Assembly (NCBI GenBank): GCA_031280145.1
Contig: JAITHB010000033.1
Span: 24,817-88,816 of the forward strand
Length of the DNA stretch: 64,000 nt
Direction of reading: 5' to 3'
From: Oscillospiraceae bacterium
GTDB taxonomy: Bacteria > Bacillota > Clostridia > Christensenellales > Aristaeellaceae
In this document: positions 63,490 to 64,000 of the stretch, in pieces
Layout: each line of letters opens with the position of its first letter
How positions within the stretch are numbered: the stretch's first letter is position 1
Notes under the pieces: generated by a model
Database searches by the model: none
The model's input: the letters and a program-made list of their open reading frames with translations, nothing else
What the model was told of the DNA's origin: nothing
Translations under genes and position numbers: made by a program

Positions 63490-63858
63490 CTACCTTTCCG
63501 GAATTATTTCAAGCCAGTAACCGTCGGGGTCTTCGATGAAGTAGATGCCCATCGCCGTGTTCTCGTAGCAGATTACGCCCATCTTTGAGTGCAGCTTCTT
63601 GGCGGAATCCATATCGGGCGTGGTGAACGCGAGGTGGATTTCGTTCTCGCCGAGGTCATACTTTTGCGGATGGTCGGCAAGCCATGTAAGCTCCAGCACA
63701 TGATCGCTTCCCGCACCGTCGCCGAGGAACACCAGCTCGAACGAACCGTCGGCGGCCTTCTTGCTGCTGACGGGAGTTAGCCCCAGCGCGTCCTTGTAGA
63801 ACGCGAGCGACTTCTCAAGACTCGTCACGTTGAAATTGTTGTGCGCAAACTTGAACAT
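63490..63858 (-). CDS. VOC-family protein (glyoxalase I / lactoylglutathione lyase-like)
   Basis: 122 aa from ATG 63858 (AAGGAGGA upstream); the track start is 63915. HNNFNV.SLEKSLAFYKDALGL...LELTW...GHLAF...YFIEDPDGYWLEIIP. Confidence 0.8.
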   Translation of the reverse strand: MFKFAHNNFNVTSLEKSLAFYKDALGLTPVSSKKAADGSFELVFLGDGAGSDHVLELTWLADHPQKYDLGENEIHLAFTTPDMDSAKKLHSKMGVICYENTAMGIYFIEDPDGYWLEIIPER

Positions 63859-63878
63859 TTGTTTGTCCTCCTTCTTAA

Positions 63879-64000
63879 TTATGCCTTTGTGAAGAACGCG
63901 TACTGCGCGTCGCAAAGCCCCTTATAGTGACCGTTCGGAAGGCGGATCAGTTCCTCGTGCGTGCCGCGTTCCTGAATATTTCCGCCTTGCACCACCAGAA
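63879..64000 (-). CDS. C-terminal ~40 codons of an ABC-type ATPase (exporter-like); the 5' part lies beyond the right edge
   Basis: Hand translation of the reverse strand gives ...VVQGGNIQERGTHEELIRLPNGHYKGLCDAQYAFFTKA*, the typical post-H-loop tail G.H.EL....G.Y..L...Q of ABC exporter NBDs. Confidence 0.6.
   Translation of the reverse strand, partial: LVVQGGNIQERGTHEELIRLPNGHYKGLCDAQYAFFTKA

Noticed and set aside
1-64000. tRNA, rRNA, tmRNA, RNase P, SRP or 6S RNA genes, prophage or IS elements anywhere in the window
   Set aside because: Intergenic regions are short and mostly accounted for by promoters, terminators and leaders. I found no cloverleaf-like GTTCGAATC-type T-arm contexts, no rRNA-like stretches and no transposase or integrase ORFs. 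A tRNAscan/Infernal run would be needed to be certain.

Overview
This looks like a core-chromosome segment from a moderately GC-rich, Clostridia-like Firmicute. I infer the taxon from gene order and protein motifs only; no database search was possible. I did not recognise any tRNA, rRNA, CRISPR array, transposase, integrase or prophage genes.

Layout, left to right:
1. 1-14.7 kb: a long minus-strand housekeeping cluster, glnS-gltX-(Uma2)-rbgA-rnhB-yraN-(giant glycosyltransferase + GtrA)-comM-dprA-topA.
2. 14.8-18.8 kb: a small repeat-containing coiled-coil gene, an aconitase-family hydratase and tmcAL.
3. 18.8-21.4 kb: a secreted beta-helix/SH3b protein.
4. 21.7-25.1 kb: a J-protein-clpB operon behind a CtsR-like operator.
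5. 25.1-31.0 kb: a YtrA-type GntR/ABC module, then an NMT1-like ABC importer with an attached orphan histidine kinase.
6. 31.3-34.9 kb: a biotin-dependent carboxyltransferase operon (12S-like, OadG-like, BCCP, 5S-like).
7. 35.0-44.9 kb: priA, then corA-GH127-like-degenerate guaA paralog-LMW-PTP, then a methyltransferase, rsuA and a DUF975-like membrane protein.
8. 45.1-61.3 kb: the complete S10-spc-alpha ribosomal protein cluster on the minus strand. rpmJ was found by hand because it falls below the ORF-track size cutoff.
9. 61.6-64.0 kb: a J-domain/TPR protein, an XRE regulator fused to a Cys-containing 15-residue repeat, a GyrI-like protein, a VOC/glyoxalase, and the 3' end of an ABC exporter gene.

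The ORF track translates alternative start codons (TTG/GTG) as M. It also extends several ORFs upstream of their likely true starts, so I re-set several starts from Shine-Dalgarno positions and conserved N-termini. Most long ORFs antisense to recognisable genes are GC-driven artefacts.

The most unusual items:
- a roughly 1300-codon fusion of two GT-C-like membrane glycosyltransferase modules
- a guaA paralog that has lost the glutaminase Cys/His and the C-terminal motif
- a 38-bp triplication of the tmcAL start region
- the HTH-Cys-repeat protein
- several structured or repetitive leaders

None of these is proven to be a new system; all are hypotheses that need searches I could not run.
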